Assembly (NCBI GenBank): GCA_965240325.2
Contig: OZ251230.1
Location: 2,542,001-2,606,000, forward strand
Source: Rebecca billardiae RCC1528
Lineage: Eukaryota > Protista > Haptophyta
Length of the DNA: 64,000 bases
Direction: 5' to 3'
The position numbers and the translations under genes are program-made. Positions 1 to 11,004 of this stretch are shown here, piece after piece (positions within the stretch are counted from its first letter, which is position 1; every line of letters begins with the position of its first letter). The notes below the pieces were generated by a model, which saw nothing but the letters and a program-made list of their open reading frames with translations, ran no database searches and was not told where the DNA came from.

Positions 1-129
1 CCGTCGGCTGCTGTCTCAGTCTGACATGTGTAAGTGTAACAGTTCGCCTGAGCTGCCACCGCCAACTCAGTCACTGCCGCCCACCGGGCCGGCGGGCCGA
101 TGAGGACTGTCGCCGCGGGCCGCCGCGGG

Positions 130-1062
130 GACTAGCGGCCGGCGCGCGCGCGCAGGCAGGGCGAGGCCGAGAGGCGCTGGCGCGGCGCGAGCCGGCGCAT
201 GCGCGCGAGCGGGCGCACCTGCTTGAGGTACTCGCCCTGCGCCATGCGCTCGACGACGGGCCGCTGGTCGCTCAGCCGGCGCGCCTCGTGCCGGCAGAGC
301 GAGAGCGCGCGCCACTGCTGGCCCCGGCCTGCCGGCTGCGCAGCCGCGCACCAAGACCGACCGAGCGGAGCTCGGGGCGGTGGAACGAGGCGAGCGGCGC
401 GTCGCGCCTGCCGCCGCGCGTGCGCGCCTGCTCCACCGCGCCGCCGTGCTCGCCCGCCGCCTCCTCCGCCGCGTCGGCCTCGAAGACGGCGGCTGCCAGC
501 GGCAGGCTGAGCCGCGCGCGCTCACTCAGTGAGTCACTCACACTGTGAGTCACACCCGCGGTCGCCTCGACGGCCATCTATCCACAGCTGCTCGAGCTGC
601 TGAAGGGCGCCGCGACGATGGCGGCGCGGGCGCCCAGCGCGTCCGTTGCCGCGTCGCTCAGCTCGTCGAGCTCGGCGCCGCACTTCGCCAGCTTGGCGCC
701 TAGCGCCTCCGCGTGTCACGTGCTCGTGCACGTCAGCCTGCTGATACGCCGCCGCCCATCGGCACTTCTGGCATCTGCGCGCGCAGCTGCTGCAGCTCGA
801 CGGCGGAGTCGTCGCGGCTGGCGGCGAGGGTGCGCACCGCGTCGATTGCCGAGGCCTGCAGCCCGGTGATCGCCGCGTCGACGCGCGCGGCGATTTCCCC
901 ACGCAGCTCCTCGCGCCACGTGGCCGCCGCTCGCGTGCAGGCAGCTGGGCGCCGCTGCGCGACCCAGGAACCGGCGCGCGTCGCAAGGCACTCCCTTGGA
1001 CAGGCTCCGCAGTTGACGACCTCTTTCACCTCGGCACGTGCCTTAAGTAGCTCTCTGATCAA
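130..1062 (-). pseudogene. Frameshifted remnant of a helical/coiled-coil protein gene
   Basis: Coding-like segments (WREELRGEIAARVDAAITGLQ; HAEALGAKLAKCGAELDELSD; ERARLSLPLAAAVFEADAAEE) lie in different minus-strand frames, separated by stops and shifts. No recognisable domain. Confidence 0.4.
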
Positions 1063-1107
1063 GAGTGCCTTGCGTGCCGGGTAGCTCTCTGATCAGTAGG
1101 TTACGAC

Positions 1108-1209
1108 GCGGTGGATTCATTCTCCTGATGGCTCATTGATGAATACCATTTGTCGTCACGAAGCGGTGGATTCGTTCTCCTGATGGCTCCTTGATGAATA
1201 CCATTTGTC
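1108..1209. repeat. 47-bp direct repeat x2 (55-bp period)
   Basis: gcggtggattc(a/g)ttctcctgatggctc(a/c)ttgatgaataccatttgtc at 1108-1154 and 1163-1209. Confidence 0.9.
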
Positions 1210-2310
1210 AGATGGCGACGATCAGGTAACGAGTGGTAAAGAGTCCGGTCATACGCGACCCGCTTCCTCTGCAATCCCAGCTTTCGGCATACGCGGGTAC
1301 TACGATACATTATGGCCCGCGGTGAAGATAAATACGATGAGAGTCGTTGCGGCGGCGAGGCCATATTTATTTATTACTATGGTCACACATGAACGAGAGG
1401 CTACCCACAATTACCCTGCCTGGCGCACTTGGGCGTGGGTTTCGTTGATTCCTCTGTTCACTATTCAAGACGGCGGACGCGCCCTTTTTCGACGCTAATG
1501 CACCTGTAAGGGAGTCTCAAAATCGAAACTCGGTCTCCTCCAGCCCTAAAAAATCGCCCCCCGTCCCTTTTTTCTTGATCAAAGATCTTTTTGAAACGTG
1601 GTTCGGGCCCGCTGGTGCGGGCTCCACGCTGCGCGCTCCGCCCTGCACCGCGGGCCATAATATATAGATGATCATCTGACCAAGTCGGATGATCATCCCT
1701 GTGACTACAGACTAGCACGGAGCGGGACGTCGATGCGGCTGGCGGCGGCCGACGCGGCGTGTCGCGTGACCGAGTCCGAGTCGGAGCTTGTCGAGTGACA
1801 CCGTTGGCGTCACCGTGTCCATGACGTCCGTGTCCGTGACCGACGGCGACGGCGACGCCCGCGCCGACGGTGACCGGATGTCGGATGACGGAGTCGGAGT
1901 ACGCGTACCGGTCTTAGGTCCGTCTCACAATTCGGACGATGACACGGAGAGTGACAATGGTAGGTGCGGTGACACGCACTAGAATTATTATCGCGGCGGA
2001 CTGCGGTGGTCTGCGCGCACGTGTAAGGCGCGTGACACTGTGACAGTGCAGTGAGTTCTGACTCTGTCTGAGTGACTGCGAGTGCGACATCTTAGGAGTA
2101 CCATAGTGAGTCTGCCGCTGCTGTTTCATCACACGGCCGGCCAAGTTATCGCATTTCGGTTGGCTGTCCGGCCGATGGATCTGCATTGCAGTCTGAAGTT
2201 CAGTCCACTGCGTGGTGCCGAGCAGCCGAGGACGGTAGGCACCGAGGACGGCGGTGTCGACCCGCCCAGCGAGGAGAGGCATGAGGCCAGCGGGGAGTAG
2301 CGCGCTGCCG

Positions 2311-4586
2311 ATGTCGCCGCTGCTGGAGGAGGAGGGCGAGGGCAGCGCCCGCGCCCCCTCCGAGCGCGTGCGCCGGGGCCGCCTCGTGGCTGCCGTCGGG
2401 GCGGCCGCCGTTGTGGCCGGTCTGCTGGTGGCCGGCGCGCAGCATCGCCAGGCAGCGCCGCACCGCCTGATGGCCTCGGGCTGCGCGGACGTTATCCAGA
2501 CGGCGCGCGACACGGGCGACCGCCTGAGCCGTCTCGGCTGCGTGCAGTTCGAGGACGACTTCGACGCGCCCAACGTCATCGACCTGACCGGCGCGCGCAC
2601 GGGCCACGCGATCCTCGGCTTTGGCGGCGCGTTCACGGAAGCGTCCGCGCTGGTGTGGCAGGCGCTGCCCGCGGACAAGCGCGAGGAGTTCGTGCGGATG
2701 TACTTCGACCCCGATGCCGGCATCGGGTACACGCTCGGCCGCGTGCACATCAACTCGTGCGACTTCTCGCTGTACTCGTACTCGTTCGACGACGTGACGG
2801 ACGACTGGGACCTCGCCTTTTTCGACGACGACGTGTCGCACGACCAGCGCACGATGATCCCGCTGATACTGGAGGCGCAGAGGGCGGCGCGGCGCCCGCT
2901 GCACATGCTCGCCTCGCCCTGGTCGCCGCCCGCGTGGATGAAGACCTCGGGGCACATGGACTCGTCGGACAAGCCCGGCCTGCGCGCCGAGTGCCACGAC
3001 GTGTGGGCGCGGTATATCTCGCGGTGGATCTCGGCGTATGAGCGGCTGGGCGTGCCGATCTGGGGCGTGACGTTCCAGAACGAGCCGGAGAACCCGGCCG
3101 CGTGGGAGGCGTGCGTGTACGACGCGGAGCAGATGGTGCACTGGGTGGGCGAGCACCTCGGCCCGGTGCTGCGCGCGCAGCAGCCGGGCGTTAAGATCTT
3201 CTCGTTCGACCACAACAAGGTGCGCGGCCGTGACGAGGGGGCATGGCGCGGGGCGCGAGGGGTCGGGGAGCGTGCGGTGCGCGGGACCGCACACGCTCTG
3301 GCCGCCGCCGGGCGAACGCGCGCGCGGCGGCCGTGCGCACGCCGCCCGCCGACGCGCGCGGCCGCGGCTGCCGCGCCCGCCCATCCCTTCTCCGCTGCTG
3401 CTGCTCCCCAGGACCACCTGCTCCACTGGGCGAACCGCTCCTTCACCGACCCGAAGGCGTCGGCCTACTTTGACGGCGTCGCCTTCCACTGGTACTCGGG
3501 CAGCGAGTTCCACCACGTGAAGAAGGTGCACGACGCGTGGCCGGACAAGATGCTGCTGCCGTCCGAAGCGACCTATGAGCGATACCTGTGCGCGCACCGC
3601 GCGGCGCGGCGGCGGGGTGGTTGTCTTGATGGGTGGACGCGCCGCGGGCACCGGGCGCGCAGGCAGGGGGCGTGGAGGGATGGGCCGCTGTGGGCCGGCT
3701 GCGTGCGTGCGGCGCGCGCGCCCGCGTGGCCACCATCGCCCACCTGCCTGGCTCTCCCCGCGGCCCCTCGTGCTCACGGCCGCCTGGCACCCCCGCGCCG
3801 CCGCGCCGCCCGCAGCTGGGCTCCCAACACGACGCTGCAGGAAGGCAACTGGAAGTTTGGCGAGGGGTACGCGCACGACATCCTCGGCGACCTCGTGAAC
3901 GGCGCGGCGGGCTGGATCGACTGGAATCTGCTGCTGGACGAGAGCGGCGGTGCGCCGCCCGGGCCACCCTGCCTGGCGCGCGCGCGCGCGCGGCGCTCGG
4001 GCCGTGCCGCGGCGCATGAGCCACACGCCACCCACCCCGCCGCTCGCCGCGGCCGCGCGCGCGCCGTGCGCAGGCCCGAACCACCTGAACAACAAGTGCG
4101 ACGCCGCGGCGATGGCCAACTCGAGCGCGCGCGAGCTGTACTGGCACCCGCAGTACTACTACATGGGCCACTTCTCCAAGTTCATCACGCCAGGCTCGGT
4201 GCACCTCCAAGGCAGCGTCACGTTCGAGCCGCCGCCGCCGCCGCCGGACGAGGGCAACGGCACCGCGCCGGGGCCGGAGGACCCGACGGCGTGGTGGTGG
4301 TACGGCAAGTGCCTCGACTATGGGCTGCAGGTGCGCGCGCCGCGCCGCGCCGCGTGCCGCGCCGCGCGCGGCCGCGCGCTCACGCATCCCGCCGCGGCGC
4401 GACCCGCCTCCGCGGCAGGCGGGCTCCTTCCTGCGTCCGGACGGGCTGGTGGCGACCGTCGTGCTCAACTGCGGGCACGACGACATCGAGTACAAGCTCA
4501 AGGACGGCGATGTCGCCCTCGCCCTCACCGTGCCCGCGCACGGCATCCAGACGGTGCTGCACGCGCGCGGCGCCCAGCCCGAGTAG
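2311..4586 (+). CDS. Glycoside hydrolase family 30 glucosylceramidase-like protein, 5 exons, N-terminal membrane anchor
   Basis: Motifs GFGGAFTEA, RVHINSCDFS, ASPWSPPAWMKT, QNEP (acid/base), FHWY, LLPSEA (nucleophile), GWIDWNLLLD, GPNH, YYYMGHFSKFI. GT-AG introns at 3220-3411, 3588-3815, 3950-4073 and 4331-4418 restore the frame. Confidence 0.93.
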
Positions 4587-5343
4587 TCAGTGAGACTCAA
4601 CGGCGCCGCTCATATCCCGACTTCTCGCCCTCGGCCACGGCGCCTGCCGCCTCCTCGGTGACTCGGGCCAGTGACACCGTGCCAGTCTGCCTGACTGAAG
4701 CCGGCACTCCGAAATCCGAATCCGATCTTCAGTCGGACGATCGTATATAGCGGTAGCAGCAGTAGTAACATCGTCAATGATACTACTACTATTACTAGTC
4801 ATGTCGTAGAAGTTATACATCAGCAGTCGTCGGCACAGCGCAGCAGACTTCTGCTGCTGCGCAGATCGATGATGAGTACTACTACGTACGTCGTCATCGG
4901 CATCAAGCTAGCGCGCAGTATATCGTAGTCGTCAAGCATCAGCCACGCCGTGCCGGCAGACCGTCACGCCGTGCCGCGGTGACGGTCCGCCGTCCGACTC
5001 CGCGGGCGTGCGTCCCCGGGCCGCGGGCCACAGGCCGCGGGCCGCGGGCCGCGAGCCGGCCACGACAGCGCTGCTGGAACCAACTACGAGCGTGATGCCG
5101 CCACCATGCGAAGCCACGCCTCGGCAAGCCCAGGTCCGCCACTGGTCGGGTCAGCAGGCTCGACGTCGTCAGAGGGTGCTTGTCTGCAGTCGCAGTCCGC
5201 CGTCTGCGGGTCGATCCCATCGGACTGCCGCGACGGTTGTCATGGCAAGTCGCAGCACGTGCCAGGCGGCCAGCAGCTGCGCCCAGGGCCACGCGGTGAG
5301 TACTGCCGCACGAGCACGTCTGCGCACGCCGGGTCCATCGCGC

Positions 5344-5964
5344 TCAGGCTTCCTCGTCCTCAGCAGCCGCGGCCGCGGCGGCCTCTGCATCGGCGAGCCG
5401 CACCCACTTGAACGTGGAGGCGCCCAGCGTGATCTTGTCGCCGTTTTTCAGCGTGTGCGGCTTGTTCCGGGCGAGCTTCTGCACGTTGACAAACGTGCCG
5501 TTTGTCGAGTTCGTGTCCACCAGCTTGAAGCACGCGTTCTTCACGTCGATGCGCGCGTGCTTGGAGGAGACCTCGTCGTCGCTGTTCAGCGTGACGTCGC
5601 ATGTGGTCGAGCGCCCGATCACCAGCTTCGCCTTGGCGTTCGGCGCGCTCGGCACCTCGAATGTGCGCCCTTCATACACGCCTTTGATCCCAACGAGTCC
5701 CATCGCATCGGACTCGTCCGCCTCCGGCCCGACCTCAGCGTCGTCCTCCCCTCTGCTCTCGGCCGTGCGCGCAGCCGCCTCGAGCTCAGTGCGCGCGCGC
5801 TTGGCTTCGCGCTCAAAGGCCGCGATCTTGCCCTCCATGTGCAAGAGCACAGTGCCGGCGCGCTTCTTGCATTCCGCCTTGAGGTACGCCTCAACCGTCA
5901 TCTCGCGCTCCGCAGAGCTCAACGAACGGATGTCGATCGCGGGGGCGGGGGCGGCGGGAGCCAT
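5344..5964 (-). CDS. FHA-domain protein with N-terminal coiled coil
   Basis: LVIGRS..CDVTL..DDEVSSKHARI...LVDTNSTNGTFVN...LKNGDKITLG is a canonical FHA domain. Confidence 0.9.
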   Translation of the reverse strand: MAPAAPAPAIDIRSLSSAEREMTVEAYLKAECKKRAGTVLLHMEGKIAAFEREAKRARTELEAAARTAESRGEDDAEVGPEADESDAMGLVGIKGVYEGRTFEVPSAPNAKAKLVIGRSTTCDVTLNSDDEVSSKHARIDVKNACFKLVDTNSTNGTFVNVQKLARNKPHTLKNGDKITLGASTFKWVRLADAEAAAAAAAEDEEA

Positions 5965-6079
5965 GGCTGCCGAAAGCCGATTCAAATGCCGGCCGACGAA
6001 ACCCGCCGCTCGGCTTCCCCTCGCCCGGGGCGGGGCCGAAAGCCCGAAACTGCTGATTACAGAGCATCAGGCGGGCGTC

Positions 6080-6646
6080 ATGGGCGCGAGGTCGCCGCTG
6101 CGGATGGCGTGCGCTGCGCGCATCCTCCTGTTGGTTGGACTGGCGGCGTTCCTCGCCGCCCCCGCCACGGCGTATTCGCGGATAGGCACCGGTCTCCGTC
6201 CTGCGACGCCCTCTGCTCGTCGATCGGCGGCCTCGCATCCGCTGCACGCTCAATGGGCTCAGCGGCTCTCGCCGGCGGCGCGCCGTAGTCCGGCACAGAT
6301 GGCGCTCCCACTGATGCTACGAGGGGGCGGCCCCGGTGGCGGTGCCAAGCTGCTCGCTGTAACGATCGCGCTTGAAGTCGTCTCGACGACGTGCATGAAG
6401 CTCGCGTCGTTGGGCAGCAAGTGGTGGCTGGTCGCCACATACTCCGGGTACGCGCTCGCCTTTGCCCTCTTCCCGCGTGTGCTCGAGACGATGCCGCTGG
6501 GGATTGCCTACGCCATCTGGTCAGGGCTGGGGACAACGTTCACCGCGATCGTGAGCCGCCTGTTCTTCGGGGAGATGCTGAGCCCGAAGAAGCTCTTTTC
6601 CCTCGTGCTCGTCGTCGCGGGCGTTGTCGGGCTCAACCTGGACTGA
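6080..6646 (+). CDS. Small multidrug resistance (SMR, EmrE/QacE-like) transporter with N-terminal signal + transit-like extension
   Basis: IALEVVSTTCMK (conserved TM1 Glu), MPLGIAYAIWSGLG, LFFGE, GVVGLNL; four TM helices. Hydrophobic signal peptide followed by an R/S/P-rich stretch. Alternative start at 6104. Confidence 0.9.
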   Translation: MGARSPLRMACAARILLLVGLAAFLAAPATAYSRIGTGLRPATPSARRSAASHPLHAQWAQRLSPAARRSPAQMALPLMLRGGGPGGGAKLLAVTIALEVVSTTCMKLASLGSKWWLVATYSGYALAFALFPRVLETMPLGIAYAIWSGLGTTFTAIVSRLFFGEMLSPKKLFSLVLVVAGVVGLNLD

Positions 6647-6768
6647 CAATGGTCAGCATCAATGCGGGAGACCGGAGACGAACCAGTGGCAGCAGCATTT
6701 GAACTACTCTGCAGATCACCGGCGGGCATTTCGGGCAACCGCCGATACAGCGACGATATACTACGACG

Positions 6769-6771
<3 letters not shown>

Positions 6772-6853
<82 letters not shown>
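6772..6853. repeat. (TA)n microsatellite
   Basis: About 41 TA units. Confidence 0.98.
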
Positions 6854-6854
<1 letters not shown>

Positions 6855-7784
6855 CTACCGCGTACTGCTGTTCACTCCGCCAAGCTGACGGAGACGGATT
6901 AGATTGAACGGTATACGTCTGCCGCAGCGGACCCGGTCCCCCCTGGGCCTGAGGCTGAGACAATATCTGCTGAGTCTGACTCAGTCATCAGTGAGTGTGA
7001 CTCTCGGCGTCGTGTCGGATGATGATAGCAATCTTCTAGTATACGACTATATTATAATAAACTAGGGCCCGTCGTTATATATATATATATTGTATGCCGT
7101 AGGTACCGTCTCGGAATTATAGTTAGGGGCGAGTGACCGCGCCGTCGGCGCCGCCGCCGCGTCGGACCGTGACTGTGAGTGTGACTTGTGAGTCGGACTC
7201 GGAGGCGTGTCGCGTGACACCCGAGTTCGGACAGTCCCTGCGGCGGAGGCTCAGGCCTGGGACAAGGCCCGCTTGCCCTGGGAGACAGCCGCAAGCGCAG
7301 ACAGCGGCCTTGCCCTTGTCGCAAGGGCGGTACGTAGTTGCTCGTCGACGTCGTATCATAATGATAATCAGGTGGGGCCCGGCCGCTTGCTGCAATCCGT
7401 CAGGCCGCCTCGATGAGACTGTGCCGGTGCGGCACGCGCCCATCACCTGCCTGCGCCGGTCTGTTTTGTCATTGTGGCGGTGTATTTGTGCTGTGTGCAG
7501 TGTTGGACTTGTAGATGGCGTCAATCACGCCTTAACCAATAAGTGTGTGTGCACATTAAAACATAGTAAACTGTATGATGATGAGGGAAAAAGTAAAAAC
7601 AAACCGCCGCGTAAAATAAACGACGCAGGTGAATGATGTGTAGATCAAGCAATAAAGGTTGAAAGGACCAGCATCAAATACGACTGGTCCTTTGGATCAA
7701 GCCCCCTTGATGTGATCCAGCTCGCCGGCACTGCTGATTCACCGCCGATGACTCGATGAGTCATCAGACCAACGGGGAATCAGG

Positions 7785-9593
7785 ATGGCGCCTCGCGCCC
7801 CGCTGCGGCTGCTCCTGCTGCTGCCGCTGCTGCTGCCGCCGCCGCGCGGCGGCGCGCGCGGCGCGGCGGCCCCGGGCGGGGGCGTCGGCCTCGCGCCGCC
7901 CTTCCCGCCGCTTCCCCCGTGCGCCGCCCCCGCCATCGCCGCCGCGCGCCGCCGGTTCCTGTGCGGGCTGCTGCTGTTTCGGCACATCCCGAAGAATGGC
8001 GGCACGACCGTGCGGTACGGGATGGACCGCGCGCGCACGCAGTGCGGCATGGACGGCGTGCGCTCGTACGCTGGGTGCACGAGCATGCTCAAGGCCGCCA
8101 CGATGGACGCCGCCGCCACCACCCAGCTCGCCGGCCCCGCGCCCGCCGCCATCGGCGCGGCCGGCGCGTCTGAGCGCGCGCGCCTGTCGCGCACACTCAA
8201 CCTGAGCGCCCACGGCGTGCCGGCGCGCGCGTGCGTCGGGCGCTCGGGCGCGCCGGGCGTGTTCCCGCGCGTGCTCGTCGAGTCGCACGAGGAGTGGCAT
8301 AAGTGGGACGTCTGGACCTCCGCCGCGCTCCCCGCGCTCCGCGCCGCCTGGCGCCCGCCCGCGTGCACCGTTCTCACTTTCACGATCGTGCGCGAGCCCG
8401 CCGCCGCCTTCTTGTCGCGGTTCGTGTTCTACTCGAAGTACCGCAAGCGGTGGGGCGTGGTGGACGCGCTGCGCCGCTGCGCGAGCCGCGCGGCCGACCG
8501 CCCGGCGGGCTACCAGCTCTGCCCGCTACAGGTCGAGTACGCGTTCGGCACCCAACTGCGCGAGGCGAACGCGCGCGCGGACGCCGCGGCCGCGGCCGCG
8601 GGCGGCGCGTCCGCGCACGCGTTCGCCTCGGGGAGCCAACTGCGCGAGGCGAACGCGCGCGCGGACGCCGCGGCCGCGGCCGCGGGCGGCGCGTCCGCGC
8701 ACGCGTTCGCCTCGGGGAGCCAACTGCGCAAGGCGAGCGCGCGCGCGGCCGCCGCGGCCGCGGCCGCGCGCGGCGGCCGCGGCGCGGGCGGCGCGAGGGC
8801 ACCGCCGGCGGCGGCGTCGGACACGGCGGCGTCGCGCGCGTGGCTGGCCTCGGAGCACGACAGCGGCCGCCTCGTCACCCTCGTCTTCGAGCGGCTCGAC
8901 GCCTCCATGCTGACGCTGCAGCTGCATCTGGGGCTGCCCCTCGGCGCCAGGCCGGTGCTCGGCCCCGCCGCGCGCGTGAGCACACACCCGCTGGCCAAGG
9001 GGAACCGGAGCGCGGCGCTGCGCGCGGCGCTGCAGTCAGACGCCGGGCTGCGCGCCGCGTGGGAAGCGTACGTTGCGCTAGACACGTGGTGGCGCGACGA
9101 CGCGCTCGCGCGCCTCGACGCGCGCCTCGCCGCGCCGCTGCTGCCGCCCGCCGCGGCGGCCAACTCGCCAGCCGGCGCGTCCGCGGCTGCGCGCGGCTGC
9201 GCCGTGCCCGCCGGTCTCACGGTGGGCGAGCTGGCGCGCGCGATCGAGGAGGAGCCCGCCGAGGCGCGCGCACTCGCGTGGGCCGCGACGGACGGGATCG
9301 CGCAGGCGCGCCGCGGCCCGAGCCAGCAGCCGCACACCGCCACTGCCCACGAGATCCGATCTCCCGCGCTGCCGCCCACCACCGTCGACGAGATCCAATC
9401 TCCCGCCCTCCGCCTGTTTGCGCAGCTCACGCACGCGCAGTGCCCGCACTTCGCGATGCGCCCCGGGCAGTACGACCTGCTCGTGAGGCGCCGGGAGCGG
9501 ACGCACCCAGAGCGGTGCGAGGACGTGGGCGGGCGCACCGAGGCGCCGCCGACGCCGGCGCTGCGCGCGCGGAGTGTCAGCAGGAGGCGGTGA
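7785..9593 (+). CDS. Secretory-pathway sulfotransferase-like protein
   Basis: Signal peptide; 5'-PSB motif FRHIPKNGGTT; 3'-PB-like FTIVREP..AFLSRF; later LVFERLDASM. Confidence 0.7.
   Translation: MAPRAPLRLLLLLPLLLPPPRGGARGAAAPGGGVGLAPPFPPLPPCAAPAIAAARRRFLCGLLLFRHIPKNGGTTVRYGMDRARTQCGMDGVRSYAGCTSMLKAATMDAAATTQLAGPAPAAIGAAGASERARLSRTLNLSAHGVPARACVGRSGAPGVFPRVLVESHEEWHKWDVWTSAALPALRAAWRPPACTVLTFTIVREPAAAFLSRFVFYSKYRKRWGVVDALRRCASRAADRPAGYQLCPLQVEYAFGTQLREANARADAAAAAAGGASAHAFASGSQLREANARADAAAAAAGGASAHAFASGSQLRKASARAAAAAAAARGGRGAGGARAPPAAASDTAASRAWLASEHDSGRLVTLVFERLDASMLTLQLHLGLPLGARPVLGPAARVSTHPLAKGNRSAALRAALQSDAGLRAAWEAYVALDTWWRDDALARLDARLAAPLLPPAAAANSPAGASAAARGCAVPAGLTVGELARAIEEEPAEARALAWAATDGIAQARRGPSQQPHTATAHEIRSPALPPTTVDEIQSPALRLFAQLTHAQCPHFAMRPGQYDLLVRRRERTHPERCEDVGGRTEAPPTPALRARSVSRRR
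8553..8770 (+). repeat. In-frame 84-bp tandem repeat (~2.5 copies) inside the sulfotransferase-like CDS
   Basis: QLREANARADAAAAAAGGASAHAFASGS repeated at 8553, 8637 and partially at 8721. Confidence 0.9.
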
Positions 9594-9859
9594 TGGCGAT
9601 GATGTGCCAACTACGGGACGGCCCACGTCCGCGCGCTCTGCAGACTGCACCGGAGAGAAGGGCACGAGTCACCGCTTTAATATTAAATATATATATACGC
9701 TTAGACGATGATCGAATTAAATTGATATAAGCTGCTGCTGCGCAGAGTAGCCGCAGCAGAGTCGGCGCGGCGGACGAAGACAAGCTCGTCGCCAGGATAG
9801 TATACGCCACATGCAACGCGCTGACGGCAGGCTGCGCGCCGGACGACTGGAGAGTGGAG

Positions 9860-10849
9860 TTACGTGTCGTCGGGATAGCGCTCGCGCAGCCAAGGAGCGG
9901 GCACGTAGCGGTAGAGCGCGCGCATGCCCACGCGGACGAGGCTCGGCGCGCGTGCGCCGGCGGGCCCGCTCAGCACGGCCTCGCTGAAGTCGAAGAAGTG
10001 CGCCAGCAGCTCGTGCGTCACCTGCGGCGGCCGCCTCTCGGCAGGCACTGGGAACGGCTCGAGCTCGGACGCGGCCGCATACGCGAGCGCGCTGCCCTTC
10101 GCAGCCGCCGCGTGGGCGGCGGCGGGCCCTCTGCTCGCGTGGCGGCGGGGCGCGCGGCTCCCGGTCGCGTGCGGTCCGATCCCGCCGACGGACGCGCGGG
10201 GCGCCGCGACAATGTCGGCGGAGGCCGCCTCGGCGTGCCTCTCGTCGACAGCGAGCAGGTACCACGGCGCATCCAGAGCTCCTCCCAGCTCGTGCGGAGG
10301 CCGCTCGTGCAGCCGCGCGTGCACCCACTCGGGCGGGGCGGTGCACACGGCGTCCCAGCCGACGACGACGGCGTGGTACGCCCGCGCCGCGCCCGTCGCG
10401 CCCGCGCGCGAGACCACCTGGCCCACGTGTAGCTCGACCTGAGGCGGGCGCGGCGTTCTCGGAACGTCCGAGCCGGCGAATGGCGGCCGTAGGTGCGCGT
10501 AGAGGGGGAGCCCGGCGGGCGAGAGCGCGAGGACGGGCGAGGAGAAGGTGACCCAGTCGACGCCACTAGACGGGTAGCTGAAGGCGTGCCCCTCGCGCGC
10601 CGAGGAGCGCGAGAACTCGGGCGCGGACCCCGGCCGCGCGAGTGGCACGCGCATGCGCAGCGCGAGAGAACCGGGCGCGAGGTCGAAGAGGGGTGGCTGC
10701 GGCTGCACGTCGCCATGGAGCGCTGACCAGATTTGAGCGAGCACGGCCACTGCTTCTGACGGAGCGTACGCCGTGCACGCCGCCTGGAGGGCTACGCCGA
10801 TGGCGCCGATGACGCCCACACCGATCCACGCGCGCGGGCCGGTGGCCAT
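9860..10849 (-). CDS. YccV/HspQ-like (hemimethylated-DNA-binding family) domain protein with hydrophobic N-terminus
   Basis: VGQVV...[15 protein letters not shown]...PWYLLAVD...YAA..EL...HELLAHFF...[14 protein letters not shown]. Confidence 0.8.
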   Translation of the reverse strand: MATGPRAWIGVGVIGAIGVALQAACTAYAPSEAVAVLAQIWSALHGDVQPQPPLFDLAPGSLALRMRVPLARPGSAPEFSRSSAREGHAFSYPSSGVDWVTFSSPVLALSPAGLPLYAHLRPPFAGSDVPRTPRPPQVELHVGQVVSRAGATGAARAYHAVVVGWDAVCTAPPEWVHARLHERPPHELGGALDAPWYLLAVDERHAEAASADIVAAPRASVGGIGPHATGSRAPRRHASRGPAAAHAAAAKGSALAYAAASELEPFPVPAERRPPQVTHELLAHFFDFSEAVLSGPAGARAPSLVRVGMRALYRYVPAPWLRERYPDDT

Positions 10850-11004
10850 CGCTTTCACGCCGAAGCGACGACAGCCAGCCTGCCACTGGGGGAGTTCCAG
10901 AGTGGTTCCGGCGCCCACCCGGACCGGACTGTTTGGAAAAAGCCAGCTCAGCCAGCGAGCCGCAGCCGGCGCGCGTCTCGACAGCGGCGACTCCCACGGC
11001 CACC

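Noticed and set aside
1108-1209. TGATGA/CTGA boxes suggesting a C/D snoRNA
   Set aside because: Box spacing is too short, the arrangement is explained by the tandem duplication, and no rRNA guide was recognised.
3220-3815. Stop-free in-frame introns as regulated intron retention
   Set aside because: Expected by chance in short GC-rich introns; retention would disrupt the GH30 barrel.
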